Shown here in pieces: positions 27,729 through 42,169 of a DNA stretch of 64,000 nt. The notes beneath the pieces are model-generated. The model saw nothing but the letters and a program-made list of their open reading frames with translations, was not told where the DNA came from and did not search any database. The DNA comes from the human T2T-CHM13v2.0 reference genome, Homo sapiens. The stretch lies in NCBI RefSeq assembly GCF_009914755.1, contig NC_060928.1; one strand, written 5' to 3'. Both the position numbers and the translations under genes were made by a program. The first letter of the stretch is position 1. Each line of letters starts with the position of its first letter.

Positions 27729-29146
27729 GGTCTTCTTACTATTTCTTTTTAGTAAAGAAACTTTTCTTAAGTTACAGAGAGCTCAAGTCAATTAATCTTG
27801 AGAACCTATTTCCTCTTTAAAACACTGTTTCAAAGCATTTCCCAACTTTATCAAAGCTGTTTACTTATTTAGGAATTCAACAAAAGAGTCTAATTGTGGG
27901 TGACAGATTAATATATATATGATGGTGAAAAAGTATCGTTACACAAAAGTAAGTGCAGGCATGAAAGCTAAATTTATGATACTGAATGACCAAGAAGATA
28001 AATTCTCATGGTAATTCTTCCATTGTATGTGGATAGAATAGAACTGCAATATACTAGTTACTAAGTAGTTTCGTAGAGCACTGAAAAATCACATCCTTTC
28101 ACATTAGTTACATTACTTTTAATGTGACATCTATTTGCCTCCAATTGTCTCTTGAACACTAAAATTGCAATAACTTTTCCTAAATGGACTGAAAATAATA
28201 AAAAATTCATATTAAGTGAAATTCATCTTTGTAACTCTGCCACTTTCCAAATCTGCCTTTTTCTTTTCCCTAACAGAACACTACATTTTCTTTGATTTTA
28301 GAACCTTTGTGACTTCCAGTTCTTCTACTCTATACTCCCAGATGAATTCTCATTTGAATTATCTCCTGTCATACCATTCACAAAACTAAATACCCCAATG
28401 CTGTCTGCCTTCAGTGCCTTGACTGATTTTGCTCTTCTGCTACATGTTCCAATATCGTTTTTCCTTTGAATCATCTCTCATCACATCATTAAGGAAACTC
28501 TCTTATCTTTCTATTTTTAATTATCTTGCAAGGATTACTAATTGGTAGACATTGATACTTTGCTTATCTCAAAATACCAACAGGCTCTCATCTTTGTAGA
28601 CTTGCCTCCATTACTTATCCTCCTTCTGTCCTATATCTGGTGTCTTGTTCCTTTGTAGCACTAATTTCCCTCATTCAATAATAAGTCTTCACTAATTCTC
28701 CTCAAAGTTGCTTTTCAATATTCCTGTCTCTCTAATTAGTGATACATCCACTTCTTTCTGTTATTTCCCTTCTCATCAAATTGTTTTTTCATGCTCTCCT
28801 ACCATCTACCATTTAAATAGACTTTGATCAATCTTTTCCAAGAATCTTATCTCAGATCAGCAACCACAGTAACATTTTAAAAACGAATAAATACTTGTCT
28901 TTGTATATATTTGTCTTCCAATACCTGTTATAGATTTTTTGAAGGAAAGTGTAATAGTGCACAGAAATACTGAGATTTGTTTCCTGGTGGAAAATGGCTG
29001 ACTTTAAAAATGGTTCTGCTCACCACAGAATTGAACTAACTTATCTAGCAAATTTATCACATTCCAGAGTCTTATACACTAATTTTCAGGTGCAAACATT
29101 TATTGGATTAGCCAATATAATTATTGGCTTCAGGCCCCTAAGAATA

Positions 29147-29390
29147 GCAGTATAGTATTCTGTTTAAAGCACAGATTCTGGGATAGACTGCTTGGATTGA
29201 ATTGTGGTCCCATCACCTTCTAGCCATATGACCTTAAGCAAGTTTTATAATGTTTCTGCTCCTCAGTCTTTCCATCTGTAAGATAAAGATATTAGTAGGG
29301 CTTTTACAAGGATTACGTGAGATAAATACTTATAAAGCACAAAGAACAGTGCCTTCTCATTGCAAATGCTTTGTAAGTGTTAACTATTGT
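29147..29390 (+). mobile_element. MIR
   Basis: TGACCTTAAGCAAGTT...CCTCAGTCTTTCCATCTGTAAGAT...AAAGCAC..AGAACAGTGCCT. Confidence 0.85.
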
Positions 29391-30989
29391 TTAAGAATAG
29401 AGTTTTAAACCAAAAAAAAAAAAAGCTAATAAAAGGCCAGTGTGATTTTCACTGCACCCTGATAGAATCCTTTGACAACTGAAATCCAAACTAGAATTAA
29501 CAGGCAAAGCAATCTGGGCAATTCAGTATTCACTGTTAGTCAATATATGGAGTGGCTAGCAAAAGCCAGAAGATGATGAAAAAGTTTTCTCTTAAAAGGA
29601 AAAGAAATTGTCATTAGTGGATAGGAAATAGATTGAAATGTTCACATTATTTGTAATGACAAGAGATGTTCCTTTTCAGATAATGCATGAGAGAGCCAGT
29701 CCTAACTCAGAATCACTTGGCTATTGCTTCTTTCAGTCCATTGTCCAAAAGTTCACCCATCTGTAGTCCCTTGAGGCAGAGTAAGCACTGAGACCAAAGA
29801 CACTCCTACCTTCTGCACAGGCAACAGAATCTGGCTGGAGAGAATGCATTGGCATTCTAAGCTCTCCTGAGTCAACAAAACTGATAAGACAGAGTCAGGA
29901 TCTGAGCAGACTGGACTCAATATTACTTCTTGTGAGATATGAGAACAATGAGTTTGGGAAAGAATGAGTGTCTATATGGGACAACTTTCAAAGTCATACA
30001 GACGCTAATGTAAAAAATATATACAGAACATTAGACTGATTCATTTTTTTCCTCCACAAAATAAATTCCCTTACTTTCTTTCTATCACTAAGTTTAAGCC
30101 ACATGACTTTTGCACAGAAGATGGGCAGGAAATTCCAAATACAAAAATAATTTTAAAATGTCAACAAGTTTTCCTTTGGTAGAAAGGAAAAATAGACGAT
30201 TATTCTGATGTCAGAAGGAAGGTAGGAAAAGGACAAGAAAGAGGAAGGAGAAAGAAGTTAAACAATTTGTTTTCCTCTTCTTTTTAAGGCAGAACCAAAA
30301 GAAAGTTAGTATGTAGTGAAAAAAAACTCCTATAAAATGCAGGAAAAAATAATACGAAATTGTATTTTTACAGTGCTACTCATTTTGACCTTTGACAAAA
30401 AATTGTTCCTCATCCAAAAAACAATGGCTTAGCTGCAACACATTAAAAAATGCAGTGACACATTTTTAGATAGATAAGGAGAGGCTGGAGTTTCTATTAT
30501 TCAGCATTCATGTCATTTTGAAATGATGCAAACATTCTTGCATGTTTCTATTGGGAGCCAGAGGACCTACCATGTGGTCCTGCAGATGGTGGCCGTTTGA
30601 GCAGATTTACTGGAAACACAATGCGGAAGCAGCCAAGATTCAGAAACAAACAAACGTGGTGCTTAGTCACTTGAAGCCAAACCCCCAAATTTTGACGGTA
30701 CCTGGAGTGCAGAACACTTCTAGAACAAATGCTTGTGGGATACCTTGTGAACAGTTACATAAGGGACATCTGCATAGAAGTCAGGGAAGACCTCAAGTTT
30801 AGTAAAAGCATGAGCATATGGACTGACTGCTTCTCTTCAACCACCATGATGACTCTTTAGCTATTCCTCAAACACAATAAACATCCTGAAGAATCAATTG
30901 TGGACCCAATTGTTAAAAGAGAAATAGACCTAGTAAGGAGTTAAGACTTTAATAAATATTCAGAATAGCAGAAAAACAATTGTATTCAG

Positions 30990-31357
30990 ACCAGCCCAGC
31001 TAAAGTACTCCAGTTCCCTGCTTCCCTTGCAGCTAAAATTAGTAATTTAATGTCCATAATGTTGATACCTGAGACTCTTGGGAAGGTCCTTAAATGGGGG
31101 ACATTTATCATTTTCATTGCCCTCTTTTCTGCTGCCTGGAACATGGGCATCATAGATGCAATTCTAGATAATTTTTGTGACTATAAAGTTGCAACCTCAT
31201 TATAGACATAGTAGATGAAAAAGATCAATGCCTGGGTTCCCGAAGGACTATGGAGGTTCCATTCCAGCTGTGATCTGCCTTTCTCCAGAAATAGCTCAGA
31301 ATTACCTATGCTCAGCATAGTGTTATATGGAGAAAAATAATTTATTTAAGCCACCAT
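30990..31357 (+). mobile_element. Old ERVL/MaLR LTR (LTR33/MLT1J-K-like), interrupted by MER52
   Basis: CTTCCCTTGCAGCTA, CTGCTGCCTGGAA, GCCTGGGTTCC, TTTAAGCCAC; tail appears to resume at ~32542-32575. Confidence 0.6.
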
Positions 31358-32541
31358 TGTTATAGGATCTTTAGGCTGTTGCTTTTCTGGCCGGAAAGCT
31401 CAGTGGCTGGTGGCACCTTTGCCCAAGTTTCTGTCCTGCATCCAGGAAGAATGAGGTATGCAGACAAGTGGAAGGTGAATGAGATGAATAGGAGCTTTGA
31501 GTGTTACAACAACTCAGAGGAAATCCGCAGTGGGGGTAGCTCCTCTCTGTAGGCAGTCATCTCGTGGAGTGTCAGCTGTCAGCAGAGAGGAGGCCCTGGA
31601 GAGGGTGGCTCCTCTTTGCCAGCAGGTTGGCCTGTCATCTCCAGCTACCAGCTACTAGCTCCAGCTACCAGCAAAGAGGGTAGCTCCTCTCTTCAGCTGG
31701 TCAGCCTATTGTCTCTCTGTCCTCTGCCCTGCTCTGCATGAACCTGGGGCTTTCATGGACCTCAGAAGGGAGGAAGTGCATTCAGATTGGTCCATGGGTG
31801 ACCATGGGTGGGCCCAGACGAGGCACCACAAGTCCCCACCCTGGTCCAGGGGACTGGCAGCCCAGCCTCCAGCCTTTAGGACCTTCCTGGCCTGAAGGAG
31901 TGGCCTTACCTGACTGCCCCCTTCCGCCCAGGAATCTGTCTGCCCTCTGCTTCCCTTCACGGTCCTGAGGCTCAGTCCCAACCCTGCTGATAGATCAGAG
32001 CAGGCCCTGGGAGGGGAGAGAGGCCAGGCAGCCAGAGCAGAAATCTCTGAGCCTGCAGGGATGAGGGGATTCTTCCAGAAGCCCCTGAGGGTGCAGGCTG
32101 CACTTGGGAGGGCTGCCGCAGCTGCACCTCGGGAGCTCCTACCCCACCAACTCAGAAGGGGCAGGGCTCCCACTTGTCCCTGACTCCTGCCCACTCTATG
32201 GAGTGGGAGGCCCAGGTCTGCAACTGCAGGTTGGGCAGCTTCAGCTGCACCAGGGAGGGCAGATCCTGCCTGCTCCTGTCCCCCACCAAGAGCACAGGAA
32301 GACCTGGATCCACAGCTGCAGTTTGGGTGGCTGTAGCCCCACCCAGGAGGGCAGGATTCCTGCCTGCTCCATGGAGCAGAAGCCCTGGGTCTGCAGCTGA
32401 GGTTTGGGTGGCTGCACTGATACCCAGGGAGCTCTCACCCCAACTCAGAAGGGGCGGGACTCCCATTGGCTCCATGGAGTGTGCAGCCCCAGCTGCACGT
32501 CTTTGCAGCAGCTGGTGTGATGGTAGCAGCCGCTGCCATCA
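31358..32541 (-). mobile_element. MER52(A-like) ERV1 solo LTR
   Basis: Minus strand starts TGATGGCAGCGGC and ends CCGGCCAGAAAAGC...GATCCTATAACA; GC-rich internal repeats; 4-bp TSD CCAT/CTAT. Confidence 0.88.
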
Positions 32542-32823
32542 CTATTATTTGTGTTTTGCTTCCTGAGTGATACAGAATTTGGTATCTAAAATAATAATGA
32601 TGCATAAAATGTGGGGTTGATTGAAGGGAAGGGCTGGCAGGTGAATAATAAGGACTCTCTAATATCAATCAGACATTTCACTGGAAATATGGTTACCCTT
32701 GTAATGTATTAGCAGAATATTTGACCAAACATTCACCTTTCTCATCTTAAACAGCAGACTGAGCCATCAGGTTACATTTTTATTACTCTTTGAAAATACT
32801 CTCCTATATTGCCTCCTCCCTGC

Positions 32824-33020
32824 ATTACATATTACATATTACATATTATTTATTTTGAAATATTTCAGACATGCAAAAGGGTATTATGTAAATAATTACC
32901 CATATAATTATGTTATATATGGTATATAATATATCATATCATATATAATATATATACTTTTTGTTATACATATAATCATATATATTAATGTATATAACCA
33001 TAAATTCTATACATATTAAC
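32824..33020. repeat. AT-rich low-complexity tract including (ATTACAT)n and (TA)-rich sequence
   Basis: Read directly. Confidence 0.7.
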
Positions 33021-33022
33021 TG

Positions 33023-33396
33023 TGTATTAATCTGTTCTCATGCTGCTAATAAAGACATACCGAAGACTGGGAAATTTATAAAGGAAAGAGATTTAATTGA
33101 CTCGCAGTTCAGCATGGCTGGGGCAGCCTCAGGAAATTTACGATCATAGCGGAAGGGGAAACAATACATACTTCGCATGGTGGCAGCAAGGAGAAGCACA
33201 GAGCAAAAGGGAAAAAGCCCCTTATAAAACCATCAGATCTTGTGAGAACTCACTCACTCACTATCACAAGAACAGCATGGCAGTGACTGCCCCCATGATT
33301 CAATTACCTCCACCTGGTCACTCTCAAGAGAAGTTGGGATTATGGGAACCATAATTCAAGATGAGATTTGGGTAGGGACACAGCCAAACCATATTA
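33023..33396 (-). mobile_element. THE1C-like MaLR solo LTR
   Basis: GCTGCTAATAAAGACATAC, CCCCTTATAAAACCATCAGATCT, GATGAGATTTGGGT.GGGACACAGCCAAACCATAT. Confidence 0.93.
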
Positions 33397-34430
33397 ACAC
33401 GCATAATGTCATGCATTTGTTATATTTTATAGGCTTATTATCATCTATATGTCATATAACAATATAGCCAACACCCAGCCTGAGAAATAAACTTCTAAAA
33501 GCACAGTTGAAGACCTAGTTCACCTTCATCTCCCTACTCCCCTCTTCCCAGAGCTAACTACAATCATGACTTCAAGCTGTATTATTTCCATGTTTATTAC
33601 ACATCTTCTACTTATGTACCTGTCTCTAAATAATGGTGTGCATATTATGTACATAAATGATATCCTATTTTATGTGCTTGCCTGAAAATTATTTTAGTTC
33701 AACTTTGTTTTAGGTTTATCCATGTTGATAAATTCAAATCTATTTCATTAGTTTTATTAGGTGGATTTCCACTGGATGACTACACCAAATGTATTGGTTT
33801 GTTTATGCTGTTTCAGAGTTTTTTATGGTATTGTTTTCCTATAAAAATGCTGATACAAACATTCTATATTTTTTCTTGTGCACTTGTGGGAGAGTTTCTC
33901 TATGACATAGGGTATGCACATATTTAGCTCTACTAGAGATTGCCAAATTGCTCCCCAAAGTGGATGCAAAAATTTAAACTTCCACCAGCAGCTACATATG
34001 AGATTGCCTATTTGTCTACAGCCTTGCCAACACTGTTATTGGCAGACATTGAAATTATTGTCTAGTTTAGGAGCATGACAGATATTTAATTGTGATTATA
34101 ATTTTGCATTTTCATGGTTTCTATTGAAATTGAAAATATTTTCATATATTCATGGGCTATACAGTCCTTAAACCAGGAAAGTGAGTTAATATATTTGCTC
34201 TTTTAATACTTTAGTGTTTCTACATTTCATTTTTGATTCATAGGAGGGCATTTTGAAATCTAGATACTAATTCTCTACAAGTTTTATGCATTTTAAATAC
34301 ATTCTTTCAGCCCAAACTGTCATTTCAGGCAAAGCACTAAATTTTTAATAATCAAAATTAAAATGTTTAATATTTTCAGATCTTATTAAATACTCCGTAC
34401 CCTGAATTCATAAAGAAAATTCATATTTTG

Positions 34431-34729
34431 GGCTGGGTGTGGTGGCTCAGGCCTGTAATCCCAGCACTTTGGGAGGCTGAGGCGGGCGGATCACGAGCTC
34501 AGGAGATGGAGACCATCCTGGCTAAAACAAGTGAAACCCCGTCTCTACTAAAAACACAAAAACAAAATTAGCCAAGCGTGGTTGCGGGCACCTGAGTCCC
34601 AGCTACTCAGGAGGCTGAGTCAGGAGAATGGCTTGAACCCAGGAGGCGGAGCTTGCAGTGAGCCGAGATCGTGCCACTGCACTGCAGCCTGGGTGACAGA
34701 GTAAGACTCCATCTCAAAAAAAAAAAAAA
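34431..34729 (+). mobile_element. AluY-like, full length
   Basis: GGATCACGAG, AGAATGGC, GGAGCTTGCAGTG; 15-bp TSD AAAATTCATATTTTG (34416-34430, 34726-34740). Confidence 0.96.
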
Positions 34730-34814
34730 TTCATATTTTGTACTAAAAGTTTTAAAATTTTCTTACACCGGATTATTTGTTACCCAGGAATTTCATATAT
34801 GACGTGAAGTATAG

Positions 34815-35159
<345 letters not shown>

Positions 35160-36002
35160 TAAGTTGTTGTTCTTTCTACATTGATCTATAATTACACCTT
35201 CTTCCTACACAAACTGTCCAGAAATACATAGTTCCATCTGGGGACTTTCTTTTGTGGCATTGGTCATTTGTCTGCACCACAGCCAAATTCACTGTCTCAA
35301 TTTCCATTGTTTTATGGTAGGTATGCCTTAACAGATGCCCATGCATCAATCCCCTCCATGTTCCTCCTTAAAATTATCTTGTCTATCATTATGTCCCTAC
35401 AATTATATATATTTTCAGATCAGTTTGTCAAGTTCCATCAAGGAAAAAATGAGATTTTTATTAGAATCACATTGACATTACTCATTAATTTAGGCAGTTG
35501 CCATCTTTGTGATACTGAATCTTTTTTATTCATGCATACCGTCTATATTCAGTTTAGTCATCTTTTATGATTTTAATAAAGTTAAATAATTTCTCCACAA
35601 AGCATTTGGACATTCCTTGTCAAATGCATTCTTATGTACATCATATTTGTACATCTTGTACTTTTAAAATAATCTTTTCTTATTTTTAACCTAGTGTATA
35701 AGAATGTAATTAATTTTATACCAAAAAAACTACTTAAAATCATATCTACTCTGTTAATTTGTCAGTTTATTATTATTGTTACCTCTCTCCAGTCCTTATG
35801 CTTGCTATTTTTTTCCATCTTCATGAATTCATTGAGGCCTCAGACATAATATTGACTACAAATGGTGGTAGGAAGAGACATTTTTTTTCATTCGTTACTT
35901 TAAAAAAAATGTTTCCAACATTTCACCATTAAAACTATGTTGGCTTAGGTTTGTTCTTTATTCTCTTTAGGTGGTGTCCTGTTATCTTTAGTTTGCTAGG
36001 AG

Positions 36003-36275
36003 TTTCTTTTTGTTTTTGTTTTGTTTGTTTGTTTTTGAGATAGGGGCTCGTTCTGCTACCCAGGCTGGAGTGCAATGATGCAATCATGGCCATCTGCAGC
36101 CTCGAACTCCTGAGTTTAAGAGATCCTTCCACCTTGATCTCCTGAGTAGCTAAGACTACTGGTCCACACCACTATGCCTGGCTATTTTTTATTATTATTA
36201 TTATTTTTATAGAGATGGGAGTCTCGCTATGCTGCCCAAAGTGCTGGGATTACCGGCATAAAACACTGCCCAGCC
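36003..36275 (-). mobile_element. AluJ with ~50-bp left-arm deletion
   Basis: AluJ-like GCAGCCTCGAACTCCTG; GCTGCCCA joins directly to AAGTGCTGGG. Confidence 0.92.
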
Positions 36276-36629
36276 TGCTTAAATATTTTATGATACATGG
36301 CTATTGACTTTAGGTCAAAGGTTTTTCCACGGTTATGTACCTACATTTCCCCCTTTAATTTAAATAAGGAAAATTATATAAGTAGATTCTCTAATCAGTC
36401 TAATCCATCCTTGCATTCCTGGGATTAACCTTACTTGGGCATGATATACTATATTTAATATATTTCTGAGTTTATTTTGCAAATATTTATAGGATGTTTA
36501 CCTTTATCCATACTGACATTTTTCCTATAAAAACAATCCCAGATTTTCTGCCAAAAAAATTTAAAAAAAGAAAAAATATAGAACACTATGTAAAATTTTT
36601 GAAGTTTTTATATGACTCCCACTTAACAT

Positions 36630-36760
36630 TTATAAAAGCTTCATAAGGTAGGTGGTCTTTTTATATTTAATTTTCACCTACAGCAAAAGGCTGAGGTTTA
36701 AGAAGTAGAATAATTTTCTTAAGGCCTAAAATGGTTAGAGAGCAGATGCAGGATTCCTCA
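36630..36760 (-). mobile_element. MIR fragment
   Basis: AAGGTAGGT...GGCTGAGGTTTAAG...GCAGATGCAGGATTC antisense MIR-like. Confidence 0.45.
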
Positions 36761-36994
36761 AAACTCAATTACTGTATCTGTTAGAATCATCTCTTTTATT
36801 CCCTATTTAAAAAATGGATTATCCAATAAATCTTTAAAAATACCTTAACCTTTTTTTTGTTTTGATCCTTTATTTCTCATCCCTACTCTATCTCCTCTCA
36901 GTCCTCTGAATGTGTGTATATCTACGTAGTTTTCCTAGTCCTATCATTTTACTTCATCTGTAATACATTTAAATGAATGTTTATTTTCATGCAT

Positions 36995-37130
36995 TTGGCA
37001 AGACTGTAAGCTCTGGAAGGCCAATAACTGCCCCATATCTGTTTTTTTGTAGCCATATGCAGTGCCTTGCATGTTGCTTTGTAAATACATAGTGATTACA
37101 AAACAGATATTTTGGTAGTGAATTGAATTA
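36995..37130 (+). mobile_element. L2 3' end fragment
   Basis: GACTGTAAGCTC..GAAGG...CAGTGCCT...GAATTGAAT. Confidence 0.55.
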
Positions 37131-38399
37131 TTCCTCCTTGAAGCTAGTGTTTGTTTATATTTTAGAGAAGTTGTTGGTTTTTCTTTTACTGTGTGAGAGA
37201 AAGAATCCCCTTGAGTAGTGAAGGAGAAAATTAGTTTTAAAGAGAAACAAAGTAATTAACATAGGATATAAAACAAGCCATAATGACAGTCAAAATATAA
37301 CAAACATAATGAAATTAAAATGACATTAAGGGGAATATCTAAGTCATAAGAATCAAAAACGGTAAACTAAAACTACAATTTGTTAAATTTTATATAATCA
37401 ACATTCTAAACATAAGATCTTACAGATCATTTCTGCAGATTCCACTGGGTAAAGTTTCTGGAAGCTGAGGTAATTCAAGATCCCAAGAAAAATAAATAGG
37501 AAACTAAGGGGGAAAGGCTGCATTTTATTAGCCTAGGAATAAGATTACAAAGACTCCAGAAGAAAGAGAGAGAGGGAATGGACATGTAAGCACCAAAATC
37601 TCTTTTATTTTTGTTGACTAGCTCCATTTTGCTATATGAAATCTATTTTTATTCCTGTATTGCTGCAAACAACTGCAACTTTGAAATCACAGTAGAAGAA
37701 ATAAAACATTTCCATTACATAATAGTTTTTTACATTGTTTATACGTTTTATTCTCTTTAAACCTGCAACTGTGTGCAATTTTAATTCATGTGTCTTTATT
37801 CTCTCTTACTTTATAAGAAGATAAACATTTATTCAGAATCTATGTGTAAGTTTTCTCACCTCTCTATTTTAAAGATACATTTTCATATTCAATCAGTCAT
37901 TTAATAGTGTCTTTTATATATTCACCATTACCCTTGAAGGGGCATACACAAGATACAACTCTAGACCTAATCAGCATATGCACAGACTTCATTGAGCCTA
38001 CATTCTGAACATGAAGCCAAAACTTGGTGAGGCACTTCTGGAAATAACAGAATGCTAAACCACAGTACTAATTATAATTACAAAAGAGTTTCAGAAAAAA
38101 TGTAGCAAAGTTTGGTTCTAAATATTAAAGGATGTTTCATGATCTGGATCTTAAAGAATCTATCAAATTAGAAAATGTTGAAGTCAGGTGGGATATTACT
38201 CTGAACAGGAACATAAATTAAGAAGGAAGCTGAAATTAGTATGGTATAGAGTGTTAAAATATATACTTAATTAGAGTCCAAAATAGTTATTTGATAGATG
38301 TGGGAAATTGACTGTATGAGCCAAATGGTAAAAGATTTTAAAAGTTGGTAAACTAGTTTGACGTCATTTCTGCTGGATTGTAAATTCTTAGAACATAGC

Positions 38400-38531
38400 T
38401 TACCCCCAGTACCAGTGAATGTAACCTTATTTGGAAATACTCTTTGCAGATAATCAAATGAAGATGAGGTTATACTGGATCAAAGTAGGCCCTACTCTGA
38501 TGACTAAAGTAATAAGTGAAATGAAATTTAT

Positions 38532-38566
<35 letters not shown>

Positions 38567-38802
38567 GAATGCTATTTGACAACACTGGGCAGAAATTGGA
38601 GTGAGGCAGCTGTCAAGAAAGTACAAGGATTGCAGCAGACACCAGAAGCTAGGAGAACAAATTCTGCCTCAGAGATTCCAGAAAAGAGACTCCCTTCTGA
38701 TTTTGGACTTCTAGCCTTCAGAACTGTAAGAGAACAAACTTCTGTTGTTTTAAGTCAGCCAGTCTGTGGTTATTTATAGCACTGCCCTAGGAAACTAAAA
38801 CA
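38400..38802 (+). mobile_element. MLT1B/C-like MaLR LTR
   Basis: GAATGTAACCTTATTTGGAAATA, CACCAGAAGCTAGGAGA, CAGAACTGTAAGAGAA, CCCTAGGAAACTAAAACA end. Confidence 0.88.
38534..38563. repeat. (AC)15 microsatellite
   Basis: Read directly. Confidence 0.95.
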
Positions 38803-38854
38803 GATCCCTATCTAACACCTCCTATAAAAATAAAATCCAAATGCCTCACTTAAA

Positions 38855-41100
38855 GTTTAAATTTTTTATTTGAAATAAATATAGATTCATGGGAAGTTGC
38901 AAAAAAAAAAAAAAAAAAAAGTACAGGGAGTCCCCATGTACCCTTTACCCAGCCTCTTCCTCTTTTAACATCTGTGTAAATAGAATGAGGTATCACATCA
39001 AGGAAACTGATGTTGGTACAATCCATAGAGCATATGTACTTTTCACCAGTGGCACATGCATTCATGTTGGTGTGTTTGTGTGTGTATAGCTTGATATAAT
39101 TTTATCACAGGGTAGCTTTATATGACCATTCCACCAATGAAGATACTTATCCCAAGAGCCACACCTAGCCCTTATCCTTTCCCTGACCTCTGGCAATCAC
39201 TAATTCTCCATCACTGTAGTTACGTTATTTCATAAGAACTGGAATCATACAACATGTATGCCTTTGACATCAGCTGTTTTCACATCACATAATTTTCTTG
39301 AGGTTTATTAAATTTGTATATCAATATATCATAATAGTTTGTTTCTTTCTATTGCTGAACAGTATTTCATGATGTTGATGTATAACAGTTTGCTTGACCA
39401 TTCACCTACTGAAAGACATTTGGGAAGTTTAAAGTTTTACATTATTAAAAATAAACCTGCTATGAATATGTATGTGCAAACTTCTATGTGAAAATAAATT
39501 TTCATTTCTCTGGCATAAATTCCCCAGAATGAAAATGCTGGGTCATATACTAAGACCAGTTTTAAAAATAACTGATAAAATACTTTCTAATGTAGCTAAA
39601 CCATTTCACATTCCCGTGTACGAGTGATCCAGTTTCTCCACATTCTCACCAACATTTAGTATTATCACTGTCTTTAATTTCAGCCATTCTGATATATGTA
39701 TAGTGATGTTATTGTTATTTAAATTTTACTTTCCTAATGTTTAATAAATTTGTACATCTTTCATCTTCTTTGGAGAAACATCCATTCATGTGTTTTGCTC
39801 ATTTTCTAATTGTATTTTTTTCAATGTTGATTTTTGAGAGTTCTTTATATAGTAGAAATGCACGTTCTTTGTTGACTAAGATTAATAAATATACTTTCCA
39901 TGTCTGCATCTTGACTTTTTGCCTTAAAAAAGATTTTCACAAGGCAAAAAATTATAATTTTAATGAGGTCAATTACCAATTTTTTCTTTTGTGGATTGTC
40001 CTTTTGGAGTCATATCTAAAAACTCTGGGGTTAGGCCATGGATGTTTTTCATACATATATTATAAATGTATTTTTATATATACATATAAATATGTGGTAT
40101 ACATATTTTTATATGTACACATAAGTATGTGGTATACATTATAAACATATGATTTATAGTTTATAATAAATGCATACCACGTATTTTTATGTTGTATAAT
40201 TTTACTTTAAGCCCATGATCTATTATGAGTTAATTTTTGTATAAGGTGTGAATTTACATTAAGAATCTTTTTTTTTCTTGATGATGGATGTTAAATGGCT
40301 CTAGTGCCTTTTTTTGGCAGGAAACCACTCCTCCACTGAATTACTTTCATTTCTTTGTCAAAGATTATTTAGACATATTTGTGTAGATATATTTTTGGAT
40401 TCTCTATTTGGTTCCATTGATCTATAGGTATCTTCTTCTGGGAATACTACATGTTCTTGATTACTGTAGGATGAATGAAGTAGATCTTTCCAAATGTATT
40501 AGTCAGGATTCCCTAGAGGGACAGAACTAATAAGAGAGAAATGTATATTAACTTATGCAATCACAAGGTCCTACAATAGGCCGTCTGCAAGCTTGAGGAG
40601 CCAGGAGAGCCAGTCAAAGCCTCAAAACTGAAGAACTTGGAGTCTGATGTTTGAGGGCAAGAAGCATCCAGCACGAGTGAAAGATGTAGGCTGGGAAGCT
40701 AGGCCAGTCTCGCCTTTTCATGCTTTTCTGCCTACTTTATATTCGAGGGCAGCTGATTAGATTGTGCCCACAATCGAGGGTGGGTCTGCCTTTCCCAGCC
40801 CACTGACTCAAATGTTAATCTCCTTTGGCAACGCCCTTGCAGACACACCCAGGATCAATACTTTGCATCCTTCAATCCAATCAAATTGACACTCAATATT
40901 AACCATCACACCAAAATAGTCTTCTTTCATTTCTCTCATTAGCACTTTTGTAGCTTTAAGCTCTCGACTCCTACAGATGTTTTGTCAGATTTACATGTAA
41001 TAATTTTACTTTATTTGGTGCTATTGGGAATTGCATTGCATTTTCTATTTTGTTTTTCAATTGTTTATTGTCAGTGTATAGAAATGCATTTAATATTTGT
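38855..41100 (-). mobile_element. L1MC3-like 3' portion, interrupted by MLT2A1
   Basis: GGAAGTTGCAAAA...GTACAGGGAGTCCCCATGTACCCTTTACCCAG, GGAAACTGATGTTGGTACAATCC. Confidence 0.82.
40495..40910 (-). mobile_element. MLT2A1-like HERV-L solo LTR
   Basis: Minus strand starts TGTGATGGTTAATATTGAGTGTCAA; GAAGAACTTGGAGTCTGATGTT; perfect 5-bp TSD CCAAA (40490-40494, 40911-40915). Confidence 0.93.
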
Positions 41101-41104
41101 GTGT

Positions 41105-41750
<646 letters not shown>

Positions 41751-42169
41751 CTCTTCAAATATTTTAGTTAATTTAAGGCATGGGAAGGAGGTTAGTCACC
41801 TTCAATATTTGGCAACTCCACTTCCCAAATTAATGCAATTACGAAAAAGTCTCTTGATTATCTTTCCAGGTTTTCTTAGAGTTCTCTACACAATAATATG
41901 TAATGATATCTCTATACAATGATATGTATTGTATTTAAGATATGATTGTATGATTTGTATATGCTCCAGTCGAATATAAGATACTATGGAATATTTATCC
42001 ATGATACCACTTCCAATTAAAAATAACATAATATTTTGGCTGTCATAAATATACATTTGTGCTATAATTACAATTTCCAGGACTAACACTCTTAGTAGTT
42101 TCCATGTGAAATCACTGCCCTCATTGATCTTGCATTCTAGTGGAGTGATGGAATTTTCTCTGAAAATGC

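Noticed and set aside
31706-32668. Cluster of long overlapping ORFs (up to 162 aa)
   Set aside because: They lie almost entirely inside the GC-rich MER52 LTR, where stops are rare; no recognisable protein
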